Part shown: one piece after another, positions 48,490-58,707 of the stretch
How the letters are laid out: each line of letters begins with the position of its first letter
Numbering within the stretch: the stretch's first letter is position 1
DNA from: an uncultured Clostridium sp.
Lineage (GTDB): Bacteria; Bacillota; Clostridia; Lachnospirales; Lachnospiraceae
Length of the DNA stretch: 64,000 nt
Reading direction: 5' to 3'
Assembly (NCBI GenBank): GCA_945915475.1
Contig: CAMEFI010000015.1
Span: forward strand, 3,277 to 67,276
Notes under the pieces: model-generated
Told to the model about the DNA's origin: nothing
Databases searched by the model: none
The model's input: only the letters and a program-made list of their open reading frames with translations
Position numbers and translations under genes: made by a program

Positions 48490-49287
48490 TCATTTGATAT
48501 CATAAATCGTAGATTTGGAAACTGGTTCAATACAGATCTGACCATTCTGCAAAGTAGCAAGCATGGCTTCCTGCTTTTTCTTAAAATGAGTTTTGGAATC
48601 CGAACTTCTTGCAATCACATTAGAAATCTGTATCTGTATCGGATCCATTACCAGTGCCATTACAAATGCATCCGGGTTGTTATCTGCACCTGCAAAAGCA
48701 GTTCCTTTTAGGGTACCAATAACAATAATATTGCCGGCGGCAATCACATTAGCACCGGGATTCACATCTCCGATAATGATAATAGATTCCTTGGATTCCA
48801 ATGTTTGTCCGGAACGCAAAGTTCCTTTATAGAACATACCGGTGTTGTTGTCCCCGGGATTCTTGGGAACGGTATTATCAGACTCAGGAATAGGATTGTC
48901 CTTATCTTGTATGGATGAAAAAATACCGGAAACTTCAACCGGTTCCGTATCCTCCGGTACTAACGATTCCTCCGGTTGTGAACTGTCTTCCTTTGCCGTC
49001 TGAATAATATCAAAAAAAGTTGTCTCTAAGTCGCTGTTTTCTTCCATCACATATTGAATATTCAAGCGGGAGCAGCCCTTTATGACAGATAAGACCTGGT
49101 CTAATTCTTCATTTGAAAGTTGTCTTCCCTCGAATGCGACCGCAAGCTGTTTGTCACTATCAAAGAATTCTTCCGCACCCTCTAACCGGTCTTCCAAATC
49201 CGTTAACAGCTGGGAAAAGGCGATATCTTTGTCTAGTACAATGGAGATTCCATATCGGTTTCCTTTGATTATGACTGTATTCTTCAT
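48490..49287 (-). CDS. minC: Septum site-determining protein MinC
   Basis: C-terminal beta-helix motif (IIIGDVNPGANVIAAGNIIVIG) and the minCDE order. Confidence 0.88.
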   Translation of the reverse strand: MKNTVIIKGNRYGISIVLDKDIAFSQLLTDLEDRLEGAEEFFDSDKQLAVAFEGRQLSNEELDQVLSVIKGCSRLNIQYVMEENSDLETTFFDIIQTAKEDSSQPEESLVPEDTEPVEVSGIFSSIQDKDNPIPESDNTVPKNPGDNNTGMFYKGTLRSGQTLESKESIIIIGDVNPGANVIAAGNIIVIGTLKGTAFAGADNNPDAFVMALVMDPIQIQISNVIARSSDSKTHFKKKQEAMLATLQNGQICIEPVSKSTIYDIK

Positions 49288-49368
49288 AAAATAACCACCT
49301 CATTATGTGCATTCATTCAATTACAAATCTACAAGTGCCCGGCTCTGCAATTCATGCGGAGCATTTTA

Positions 49369-52218
49369 TTAATCAGACATATTAACATTACCGGTAATAG
49401 ACGCATTTTCCAATTTCTCCGGATCAAAATAATATGCATAGATAAATCCTGCCAACTCTTCTGCATTACCGGAAGAGTATCCATACGGAATAACAGAGGT
49501 CACTGAGATCTCTGGTTTATTAAATGGTGCATAGGATACAAACAATGCGTGGGCAGGGCGGGCAAGATTCTCTTCTGCTGTTCCTGTCTTACCTGCAACC
49601 TCAACATCAATCTGGTTAATTAACATATTCTCATCTGTATGCTCTTTTACAACACGCCGCATGCCATTATGGACAGTATTCCATAAATTTGAAGAAATAT
49701 CTACTTTCCCATGAATATTGTGCGGATTCTCATATGTTGTATTACCATCTTTATCTGTAATTTCTTTGATAATACTTAAATCATAACAAGTCCCACTTGT
49801 TGCGATTGTTGTGACATAACGAGAAAGCTGCGTTGGTGTATAAGCATTGGTTCCCTGTCCGATTGCACTACGTACTGCCGATTCATCAGAGACTTTAGGA
49901 GAAATTTCATCTAATTCAATGCCGGATGTTGTATCTAATCCAAATAAAGAAGCGTATTTGGATAATTTGGATAAACCAACTGAATCAGAGTATTTCTGTT
50001 CGCCGCCTGCTAATCGATAACCAACTTCATAAAAGAAGTAGTTACAGGACACTTCCAGTGCTTCTTCAATATCGATAAGACCATGTTTGCTAGGATAATA
50101 CCAACATTTTGCAGGCGGATCAATCTTGGTAAAGATTCCTTCCGCATCAATCTTGGTATCTAAATCAATCGCACCCTCTTCCACACCAGCAATGGTTGTA
50201 AGCATTTTATAAGTAGATCCCGGTGCTGTTCTTTGCTGGGTTGCACGGTTATATAACGGATTGGTCTTATCGGAAATTAATTTTGCATAATAGGCAGATT
50301 CTACGGAATTAGTTAACCTGTTATTATCATAACTTGGATAACTAACCATAGCCAGAATCTCGCCAGAGTTCGTATCTGTTACGATAACGGAACCCTCGCA
50401 AGGATCTAATGCTAATTGAGCTGGTGTGATTTCTAATTTATTGATCTTACGTCGAATAAACTTGTAATCTGACAATTCACCTGCAAGGAAATCCTTATAG
50501 TCTTCGTCTTTGTTTTTGTCTAATACACCCTGTTCAAATAAGATATGAATAATCTGATCCCCGCTGACGCGATTGGATTTTATCATATATTTCATGATTA
50601 ATTTGTCGAATTCTGTATCATTTGATAAAAATTTCTCTAAATAATCTACCATTGCATTATATACTTCTTCAGAGTCATAATAATCACTGGACAATTCAAA
50701 GCTGGATATATCGATGGCACCCTGATTAATTGCATATTTTAAAAAGGTACCCAATGAAATATTACCTGCAACATATTCTTTGTATGTCTCATCTGTATTC
50801 TCAATCTTCTTTGAATTATAGATTCCATTGTCGGATAATGTTGAATATATATATTCCATATAAGAAGTATATTCATTATCTAAGTCATTCATGGCCGTTG
50901 TCTCTACTGTTAAAATACTTCGGATACGGGATAATACATATTCCCGGGTAGAATCCAATGTACTGTTAACAGCTTGTTCGTAAACACCTGCACCATCGGA
51001 AGCTAAATGTGATATATTCAAAGCATTATTGTCAAACAATGCATAAAACACATCTGAAATCGGAATTCGTTTATCACTGGTATTATCTTCCTCTACTTCT
51101 TCATCAGTGATATTGGTAAGAAGAACACTGGCGATTTCTTTTTCTAATGTATCATAACAATATTTCTGGAGATCAGAATCAATTGTCAGATGAATATCCT
51201 CGCCGGCAACGGAATCCTGTTGGTTAGTCCGTTCAATGATCTTACCAAGATTATCAACATATATCTCCTGTATACCATTTACACCACGAAGTGTACTTTC
51301 GTATTTTTTCTCCAATCCGGTCTTACCGATCATATCGTTATTGCTATATTTATTCTTTTCACTTAAATTCTCGTTATATTCTTCCATTTCATCTGTGGAA
51401 ATGGCACCAATGTAACCAATAATATGTGCAAAATATTTGGCGTCATTATACACACGAATAGAATCAACAACAACATTAATTCCTAGTAAATCTGAACTGC
51501 ATTCGTTTAATTCCGCAACACTTTCGTCACTTACATCCATTGCTATCGTTACAGCCATATACTGTTGGAAACGATTCAGCCATAATGCATAGCGTACGCT
51601 CATGATTTTCAGGGTTTCTTCCGGAGTATATTCAGAAGAAATGTTAAATTGTTTTTTGGATGCAAGATACGTATATACATCCTGTGCGGTTGCCTTCTTT
51701 TCCCCATCTGTCAGGTTGTCAGCCGATGATTCACCATATACTTCTGCCAAAAAACGTAATTTTTCTGCTTCGGTAGAGGTTGTAAATTGGGGCTTGTCAT
51801 TTTTAAGACTGATTGGAAAATCAATACTTAAACTGTCCCCGTTCTTTTCGAGTATCTCAATGGTTTTGGCAACGACAGAATTCTTCAATTCATTCTCGGA
51901 TACACCGTTATCCGATGCAACTTCTGATAATTGATTGCTATTTTCAAATGTTACCGAATATGCTAATTGGTTATATGCAAGAAGCTTGCCATTGCAGTCA
52001 AATATATTACCACGGGAAGCCTCTACTGTCAGTGTTTTTCTAGACTTATACGTAAAGTTATCCAAATGCTCAGAACCTTCAATAATCTGCAATCGGAATA
52101 AACGTCCGATCAACATGGCAAATAATACGAAAATCACAACTGAAACAATAAATAACCGATGTGAAACATATTCAATTATATATTCTTTCATTGCATGCAA
52201 TAATTCCCGTAGCATCAT
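49369..52218 (-). CDS. mrdA: Penicillin-binding protein 2 (elongation transpeptidase), expanded 949-aa form
   Basis: N-terminal TM and dimerisation domain, and transpeptidase motifs STYK, SCN and KTGT. Follows mreD. Confidence 0.9.
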   Translation of the reverse strand: MMLRELLHAMKEYIIEYVSHRLFIVSVVIFVLFAMLIGRLFRLQIIEGSEHLDNFTYKSRKTLTVEASRGNIFDCNGKLLAYNQLAYSVTFENSNQLSEVASDNGVSENELKNSVVAKTIEILEKNGDSLSIDFPISLKNDKPQFTTSTEAEKLRFLAEVYGESSADNLTDGEKKATAQDVYTYLASKKQFNISSEYTPEETLKIMSVRYALWLNRFQQYMAVTIAMDVSDESVAELNECSSDLLGINVVVDSIRVYNDAKYFAHIIGYIGAISTDEMEEYNENLSEKNKYSNNDMIGKTGLEKKYESTLRGVNGIQEIYVDNLGKIIERTNQQDSVAGEDIHLTIDSDLQKYCYDTLEKEIASVLLTNITDEEVEEDNTSDKRIPISDVFYALFDNNALNISHLASDGAGVYEQAVNSTLDSTREYVLSRIRSILTVETTAMNDLDNEYTSYMEYIYSTLSDNGIYNSKKIENTDETYKEYVAGNISLGTFLKYAINQGAIDISSFELSSDYYDSEEVYNAMVDYLEKFLSNDTEFDKLIMKYMIKSNRVSGDQIIHILFEQGVLDKNKDEDYKDFLAGELSDYKFIRRKINKLEITPAQLALDPCEGSVIVTDTNSGEILAMVSYPSYDNNRLTNSVESAYYAKLISDKTNPLYNRATQQRTAPGSTYKMLTTIAGVEEGAIDLDTKIDAEGIFTKIDPPAKCWYYPSKHGLIDIEEALEVSCNYFFYEVGYRLAGGEQKYSDSVGLSKLSKYASLFGLDTTSGIELDEISPKVSDESAVRSAIGQGTNAYTPTQLSRYVTTIATSGTCYDLSIIKEITDKDGNTTYENPHNIHGKVDISSNLWNTVHNGMRRVVKEHTDENMLINQIDVEVAGKTGTAEENLARPAHALFVSYAPFNKPEISVTSVIPYGYSSGNAEELAGFIYAYYFDPEKLENASITGNVNMSD

Positions 52219-52724
52219 AATTGTTCAGCCTCTTTCACTCGTTTTAACCGTAAATTGATACGTACTAATATCTTATAGAAAAATAAAGTGATCAATATTG
52301 TATAAATCATCTCCGGCAAAATCACATTTACCAAATATGTCATAAAATCCAATCGATTACGTAACAAGAAAAATATAATATATACAATCACATTATAAAA
52401 AAAATCATTTAATGAAATCATGATCATTGGAAGTAATACATCCTCCACATAATATATACGATGGAAGAAACCATTCACATAGCCTAACGTCATGTAGATA
52501 AACGCATAGGCACCAAGAACACTTCCAAAAAAAATGTCCACCAAAAGACCGGAAAAGAATCCAACTAAAAGTCCCTCTCTTCGCCCTCTCATTAATCCAA
52601 ATGACATTGTAACAATTAATAATAAATTAGGAACCACACCGGATAATTCAAGGAAATGAAACACCGTTGACTGCAACAGAAAACATATCACAATCAAAAT
52701 TCCAATGGTAATGCATCTTTTCAT
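52215..52724 (-). CDS. mreD: Rod shape-determining protein MreD
   Basis: 169-aa polytopic membrane protein immediately after mreC, overlapping mrdA by 4 nt. Confidence 0.85.
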   Translation of the reverse strand: MKRCITIGILIVICFLLQSTVFHFLELSGVVPNLLLIVTMSFGLMRGRREGLLVGFFSGLLVDIFFGSVLGAYAFIYMTLGYVNGFFHRIYYVEDVLLPMIMISLNDFFYNVIVYIIFFLLRNRLDFMTYLVNVILPEMIYTILITLFFYKILVRINLRLKRVKEAEQL

Positions 52725-52726
52725 AG

Positions 52727-53773
52727 TTATTCCTCTTCGCCAGAATGAGATTCGGTTGTCTGTTCACTATCATCCTCGGTAGAAGGTTCGGTTTCCGTAG
52801 AGGAACCGGCTTCAGCGGAAGTATTTGTCTCCGTACTTTCATCTGTAGAATCGTCGTTAACAGCCTCAGAAGAACCAACCTTACTATTCTGGATACTATC
52901 ATATATATTCTTATTTTCAGAATTTGTCTTATAATTCGCTTTCAGGTCTAGTATGACAAGAACTTCCTGTAAATTCTTGAAATCAACAACCGGAAGACAT
53001 TTTGCGGATTGTGTCAGATTATTAGAATCCATCTTAACGTCAGAAATATATCCAATCAGCAATCCAGGAAGGAATTTATTGCTTACATGAGAGGTAACTA
53101 ATTCTGCACCTTCTTCTATGGTAATTTCTTTGTTAATATATCCAACATTAATATACCCATCTTTGATTGAGGATAAATCACCGGAAACGGTACATAAAGA
53201 TTCTGTACCGGAAATAGTAGCACTTACGCTACAGTTGTCATCAATGATTGCGCGTACTTTGGCATAATTCTTTCCGACCTCAGTCACGATACCTGCAAGT
53301 CCGCTACCTGCCAGGATATTACATCCAACCTGTACGCCATCCTCTTGCCCTTTGTCGATTACAAATGTATGAAACCAATTTGTGGAGTCTGTCGCAATGA
53401 CCCGGGCACCGATTGTATTATATTCAACATACTGTTCCTGCAGATTCAAGAGCTCCTGCAAACGTTTTAATTCATAATTCTCCTGCTCATTTTTCTTGAT
53501 TTCAGCAGAATATTCATTCAGTTTAGCAGTTAATTCTTCGTTTTCCTGCAATAATGTGTTCTTGTCCTTGTGTTCCACCATACGGTTATAAAGGGAGCTT
53601 CCAACTTCATTGATACCAGATTGCATTGGAATGATAACCGCACTTGTGACAGTCTGTAATGCTGCAAACTTATTCTTAAAAACAACTGAAAAGAGAAGTA
53701 AAATAAAACAGATTACAGTCATAAATAAATATATATATTTTGGTGGTATCTCCTTTTTATCATGGAAATTCAA
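52727..53773 (-). CDS. mreC: Rod shape-determining protein MreC with a Ser/Thr/Glu-rich tail
   Basis: TM helix, coiled coil (ENEELTAKLNEY ... NYELKRLQELL) and MreC beta domains. TTG start after AAAGGAGG. Confidence 0.88.
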   Translation of the reverse strand: MNFHDKKEIPPKYIYLFMTVICFILLLFSVVFKNKFAALQTVTSAVIIPMQSGINEVGSSLYNRMVEHKDKNTLLQENEELTAKLNEYSAEIKKNEQENYELKRLQELLNLQEQYVEYNTIGARVIATDSTNWFHTFVIDKGQEDGVQVGCNILAGSGLAGIVTEVGKNYAKVRAIIDDNCSVSATISGTESLCTVSGDLSSIKDGYINVGYINKEITIEEGAELVTSHVSNKFLPGLLIGYISDVKMDSNNLTQSAKCLPVVDFKNLQEVLVILDLKANYKTNSENKNIYDSIQNSKVGSSEAVNDDSTDESTETNTSAEAGSSTETEPSTEDDSEQTTESHSGEEE

Positions 53774-53787
53774 GAGTAAATCCTCCT

Positions 53788-54054
53788 TTAAATCAAGCGA
53801 TATACGATGATTCCGATAATTAAACCGATAATACTTGCAATATTAATTGTAATGGTTAACCCAAATGTAAGTACTAAAATACCTAGATCTAAAACAACGG
53901 GTGAGGTCAAACCAAATGTCTTTCCATATGCGAGCCAGCTTAGGAAGCTTACATTCGATGCCAATGTTCCCAGATAACCACCCAACACGATACCACATAA
54001 TAATATGACAAGTAAAATCCAATTGTTCTTTCTTGTATTGCTAACTGCCGTCAT
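53788..54054 (-). CDS. DUF4321 small membrane protein
   Basis: 88 aa with two or three TM segments. This family is commonly found beside mre genes in Firmicutes. Confidence 0.7.
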   Translation of the reverse strand: MTAVSNTRKNNWILLVILLCGIVLGGYLGTLASNVSFLSWLAYGKTFGLTSPVVLDLGILVLTFGLTITINIASIIGLIIGIIVYRLI

Positions 54055-54167
54055 ACGATAACTCCTTTATTCATCAACTGTTACTATTATTCTCATAATG
54101 TGAAAATGCCACATTAGGTTATAATAGCATAAATTCAGAAAATTCACAAGATGGGAGCAAAATCCAT

Positions 54168-55463
54168 TTATGATTCTTTGATATGAATTAACCCTTTTTC
54201 CTCTAATCGTGCCAGGGATTTCATGATGCCAAATTTAGCATGATCGTAGGACAGTCCGCCTTGAAAATATACCGTATACGGATCATGCATTGGAGCATCT
54301 GCGGATAGTTCGATGGAGGCTCCTGAAATAAATGCCCCTGCTGCCATAATAACGTCACAATCATAACCGGGCATTGCCCATGGAGTTGGGGTTACGTGGG
54401 AATCCACTGGTGCTGCATATTGGATTCCTTCACAAAATGCAACAACCTTATCGGGATCGTGGAATGTAACTGCCTGAATAATATCATGTCTGGATTCGGT
54501 CGCATTTGGTGTACATTCAAAGCCTAACTGTTCATACAGATTTGCCGCAAAGATTGCACCCTTTAGGGCACCGTTTACCACTTGTGGTGCCATGAATAAT
54601 CCCTGAAAGAAATCCTTGTTCACACCTAATGTTGCTCCTACTTCTCCACCTAAACCCGGAGCAGTAAGACGATAATAGGCATTCTCCACACATTCTTTGG
54701 TTCCGCATATATAACCACCGATTGGGGCAAGGCCACCTCCCGGATTCTTGATGAGGGAACCGACAACCATGTCTGCTCCCACATTGGAAGGCTCCTCTAA
54801 CTCTACAAACTCACCATAACAATTATCTACCATGCATATGATATTCGGATTGATCTCTTTGATAAATGCGATCAGTTCTCCAATTTGTGCAACACTGAAA
54901 GTTGGTCGTGTCAGATATCCTTTAGAACGCTGTATTGTTACCATTTTTGTTTTGGAAGAGACAGTCTCTTTGATTTTGTCATAATCAAATGATCCATCTT
55001 CTTTTAATTCGACCTGTTTATAGGTTACACCGTATTCTGCCAAAGATCCACGGGACGGACGTATGCCTATAATCTCCTCCATAGTATCATATGGTTTCCC
55101 CACAGGAGAAATCAGCTCATCACCGGGACGCAGATTAGCAGATAATGCAAGGGCAAGGGCATGGGTTCCACATGTAATCTGCGGTCGTACCAAAGCTGCT
55201 TCTGTCCCAAAAATCTCAGCATATACATTCTCCAGTGTCTCCCGCCCAATATCATTATATCCATACCCGGTTGTCGGGGCAAAATGTGCTTCGGAAAGGC
55301 GGTATTTCTGCATGGCGTGTAATACCTTTAACTGATTACATTCTGTAATTTTATCAAGCTCTGCAAACCGGTCTTTCAAAGATTCTTCTATCTGTTGACA
55401 AAGAAAAAAAACTTTCTTCGATATTCCCATTGATTCATATGCTTCTTCTAACCCGTTAAACAT
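54168..55463 (-). CDS. PLP-dependent methionine gamma-lyase-family protein (YnbB / aluminium-resistance-like)
   Basis: 431 aa. The N-terminal pattern (KVLHAMQKYRLSEAHFAPTTGYGYND) and a position next to miaA are typical of this family. Confidence 0.8.
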   Translation of the reverse strand: MFNGLEEAYESMGISKKVFFLCQQIEESLKDRFAELDKITECNQLKVLHAMQKYRLSEAHFAPTTGYGYNDIGRETLENVYAEIFGTEAALVRPQITCGTHALALALSANLRPGDELISPVGKPYDTMEEIIGIRPSRGSLAEYGVTYKQVELKEDGSFDYDKIKETVSSKTKMVTIQRSKGYLTRPTFSVAQIGELIAFIKEINPNIICMVDNCYGEFVELEEPSNVGADMVVGSLIKNPGGGLAPIGGYICGTKECVENAYYRLTAPGLGGEVGATLGVNKDFFQGLFMAPQVVNGALKGAIFAANLYEQLGFECTPNATESRHDIIQAVTFHDPDKVVAFCEGIQYAAPVDSHVTPTPWAMPGYDCDVIMAAGAFISGASIELSADAPMHDPYTVYFQGGLSYDHAKFGIMKSLARLEEKGLIHIKES

Positions 55464-56424
55464 GGTATATGTCCTCCTTTTGTATAACCTGTCTGTTTTG
55501 TAATTGTTGTATCATAAAATCTAATTGCTGTCTTGTGGTTGGTAATGACTGCTTATCTACCCAGATAACATCCCGTTCTCTGCGAAACCATGTAAGCTGT
55601 CGTTTTGCAAAATGACGTGTATCCCGTTTTAAAATGTAAACAGCATCTTCTAAAGAGCATTCTCCCTGCAGATAAGGAATCATTTCTTTGTATCCTAGTC
55701 CCTGCATCGATACCATCTCTTTTGTACATCCATATTCTAATACTGCTTTTACTTCTTCTATGAGACCATTGTCTAACATCTGGTCAATCCTTAAGTCAAT
55801 ACGGTTGTAAAGTTTTTCCCTGTCATCATTTAGTACAAAATAGGCAAATTGATACGGGGATTCTTTCTGACGTTCTTCGGCATTATGTTTCGATATTGGA
55901 TATCCGGTATCATGGTAAAATTCCAAAGCACGTATAACCCGTTTTACATTATTCTCATGTATGTCCTGATAAGAAACCGGATCAATATCTCTTAATTTTT
56001 CGTGCAGTGCATGCGCCCCATAAAGTGCAGCGTACTGCTCTAACTCTGTTCGATAGACGGATTCCTCTGTCTCTTCAAAGGAAATGTCATACAAAAGAGC
56101 CTGTATATAAAATCCTGTTCCCCCAACAACAATAGGAATCTTCCCTTTTGCATAGATATTCTCTAACGCCTGCTTGGCCATCTGTTGAAAACGGAATACA
56201 TTGAATTCTTCTTTCGGATCTAAGACATCAATGAGATAATGGGGGATTCCCTCCATCTCTTCCGGTTTAATCTTAGCCGTTCCGATATCTAACAGGCGGT
56301 ACACCTGCATGGAATCTGCTGAAATCATTTCTCCGTTTACTGCCTTAGCAAGCTCAATGGAAAGGGCCGTTTTACCAACAGCTGTCGGACCTGTTAATAT
56401 GATTAATGGTTTTTTATCAGTCAT
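55456..56424 (-). CDS. miaA: tRNA dimethylallyltransferase
   Basis: P-loop GPTAVGKT, and the DSMQVY and IPHYLID blocks. Confidence 0.93.
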   Translation of the reverse strand: MTDKKPLIILTGPTAVGKTALSIELAKAVNGEMISADSMQVYRLLDIGTAKIKPEEMEGIPHYLIDVLDPKEEFNVFRFQQMAKQALENIYAKGKIPIVVGGTGFYIQALLYDISFEETEESVYRTELEQYAALYGAHALHEKLRDIDPVSYQDIHENNVKRVIRALEFYHDTGYPISKHNAEERQKESPYQFAYFVLNDDREKLYNRIDLRIDQMLDNGLIEEVKAVLEYGCTKEMVSMQGLGYKEMIPYLQGECSLEDAVYILKRDTRHFAKRQLTWFRRERDVIWVDKQSLPTTRQQLDFMIQQLQNRQVIQKEDIYHV

Positions 56425-56487
56425 TATACTTCCACCTTGCTTTGCTATTTTAATATATTATAAAAAATATATTATGAAAATGTGTTT

Positions 56488-58467
56488 TTAATTTTGAATC
56501 CGCTTGAATTTTCTCTCCAATTCTGACTTGGTAAGACTAATCATAGTGGGTCTGCCATGGGGACAGTTATATGGGTTATCAAGAGATAACATTTCCTCAA
56601 TGAGAGCATCTGCTTCTTTACTTGAAATCTCGGTATTTCCTTTAATTGCAGCCTTACATGCCATTCCGGATAGCTTTTCCACAAAGAAATCTAAACTGAT
56701 ATTCCCTCTTTCTTCCATCAATGCATTTACCAATGCATCAAACAAAAGCTGTGGATCTACTCCCATGATGTCGTCCGGCATTGCACGGACAACAATGGAA
56801 TCATCACCAAACTCTTCCAGGTCAAACCCCGTCTGTTGAAACATTTCCATATGCCTTATCACAGTATCATACTCCACACTGTCTAGATGTAACACCTTTG
56901 GTGGTAATAATTGTTGTGAAATCACAGCTTTTTCAGATAATTGTTTCATCAATCGTTCAAACATGACTTTTTCGTGGGCGGCATGTTGGTCCACAATATA
57001 TAATTTTTCATCATATTCTATCATCCAGTAGGTTTTAAATACCTGTCCGATTAAACGGTGTTTCTTTCTGGCATTCTCTGATATAAACTGCTCCATAGGT
57101 ATGGAAAGCTGTTCTCCCTCAATATCCGTTATTTCCTGTGGAAACGTTTCATTGACCTCTTTTTCTTTTGATGTAGCAGAATCTATAACAGAAATGTGTC
57201 TGTTTTCCGGATTCATAATCTTGGAAGTATTGTGTTTCTTCTGACTGGATGCAGCTGCTCGGGAAATTTCTTTTTCCTGTTGTATAGTATAATTTGGGGA
57301 TTGAGTTACTGATTGAACTTTCTTTTCTGCTTCTGTCTTATGTTCGGTTATATCCTTCTGATATCGCATTGCTCTTGCTTTTTTTTCAAAGGGTTCCGGA
57401 ACATTCTGTGTAGTTTTCCTTTGTTGTTCCACCGTAATGGAACGCTCTTCTTTTGTACTCCGAAGAGAAACATCCTGAATCATTTCCTCACTTAATAAAG
57501 CCTTCCGGACACTGTCTTTTACAAAGTGAAACAACTGCTCTCCGTCTGCGTATTTGAATTCCATCTTGGTAGGATGGACATTAACATCTAATTTGTTGCT
57601 GTCAAGGGTAAAATGCAGTGCTGTAAATGGGAATTTATGAATCATGACAAAAGATTTATAAGCTTCTTCAATCGCCTTTGTCACGATATTACTGCGGATA
57701 TAACGACCATTGACAAAGTAATGTTCAAAACTGCGGTTTCCCTTGGATACATAAGCTTTTCCAATGTAGCCTTCCACAGAAAAATCCCCTGCCTCCCGCT
57801 TTACCGGAAGCAGATTTGCGGAAATATCCCTGCCATAAATGTGATAGATCACATCCTGCAGCTTGCCGTTTCCGGAGGTGGCAATTTTGTTGCTGCCGTT
57901 GATGATATATTTGAAAGAAACCTCCGGGTGAGACAGGGAAAGCCTTGTAATCAGCTCTGTTACATAACTTCCCTCCGTCATAGCGGTTTTCAAAAACTTC
58001 TTTCTTGCCGGCACATTGTAAAACAGGTTTCTCACAATGATTGTTGTTCCGGTTGGAGTACCGATTTCCTCACTGGCAATCTCTTTGCTTCCATGAATCT
58101 CATACCGGATTCCGGTTAATGCATGGGCGGTTTTGGTGATACATTCCACCTGTGCCACTGCAGCAATACTGGCTAGTGCCTCACCGCGGAATCCTAACGA
58201 ACTTACACTTAATAAATCCTCAATGGTCATAATCTTGCTGGTGGCATGGCGGATAAAGGCTGTTGGAACCTCTTCTTTTTCAATACCGGCTCCGTTATCC
58301 GTAATTCGGATAAAAGACATTCCACCATCCTTGATTTCCACGGTAATGGCGGTGGCACCTGCATCTATGGCATTTTCCACCAGTTCCTTTACCACAGAGG
58401 ATGGACGTTCTACTACCTCTCCGGCGGCTATTTTGTTAATGGTTGCCTGATCTAAAACCTTAATCAT
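56488..58467 (-). CDS. mutL: DNA mismatch repair protein MutL
   Basis: GHKL ATPase N-domain (IAAGEVVERPSSVVKELVENAIDAG) and C-terminal endonuclease motifs (DQHAAHEKV, ACK, CPHGRP). Confidence 0.95.
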   Translation of the reverse strand: MIKVLDQATINKIAAGEVVERPSSVVKELVENAIDAGATAITVEIKDGGMSFIRITDNGAGIEKEEVPTAFIRHATSKIMTIEDLLSVSSLGFRGEALASIAAVAQVECITKTAHALTGIRYEIHGSKEIASEEIGTPTGTTIIVRNLFYNVPARKKFLKTAMTEGSYVTELITRLSLSHPEVSFKYIINGSNKIATSGNGKLQDVIYHIYGRDISANLLPVKREAGDFSVEGYIGKAYVSKGNRSFEHYFVNGRYIRSNIVTKAIEEAYKSFVMIHKFPFTALHFTLDSNKLDVNVHPTKMEFKYADGEQLFHFVKDSVRKALLSEEMIQDVSLRSTKEERSITVEQQRKTTQNVPEPFEKKARAMRYQKDITEHKTEAEKKVQSVTQSPNYTIQQEKEISRAAASSQKKHNTSKIMNPENRHISVIDSATSKEKEVNETFPQEITDIEGEQLSIPMEQFISENARKKHRLIGQVFKTYWMIEYDEKLYIVDQHAAHEKVMFERLMKQLSEKAVISQQLLPPKVLHLDSVEYDTVIRHMEMFQQTGFDLEEFGDDSIVVRAMPDDIMGVDPQLLFDALVNALMEERGNISLDFFVEKLSGMACKAAIKGNTEISSKEADALIEEMLSLDNPYNCPHGRPTMISLTKSELERKFKRIQN

Positions 58468-58497
58468 TTATATGCTCCTTTTATCATTTAAATCGAT

Positions 58498-58707
58498 TAA
58501 GTAATTGCGAAACTCCTGTGTAATCTATAAACGTTGTGCAGTTTTAACATTATCCACGCAGGCACGCTTTCGCTACTCTCGCCTCGCAGCGGTACTAAAC
58601 TCGTGTTTCACACTCGTTAAGTGCCGGCGGTCTCAAAGTACCTGCTTAGGATACATGTCAAATCTGCATAAACTAATATACTTTTTCACGAGTTTCGCAA
58701 TCACCTA
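58498..58707 (+). mobile_element. MITE-like inverted-repeat element, copy 4 of 4 (most diverged)
   Basis: 210 bp. Termini are TAAGTAATTGCGAAACTCCTG ... CACGAGTTTCGCAATCACCTA. The flanking repeats are degraded: TTTAAATCGAT (58487-58497) and TTTCAATCTAT (58708-58718), 9 of 11 identical. It lies between mutS and mutL. Confidence 0.85.
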
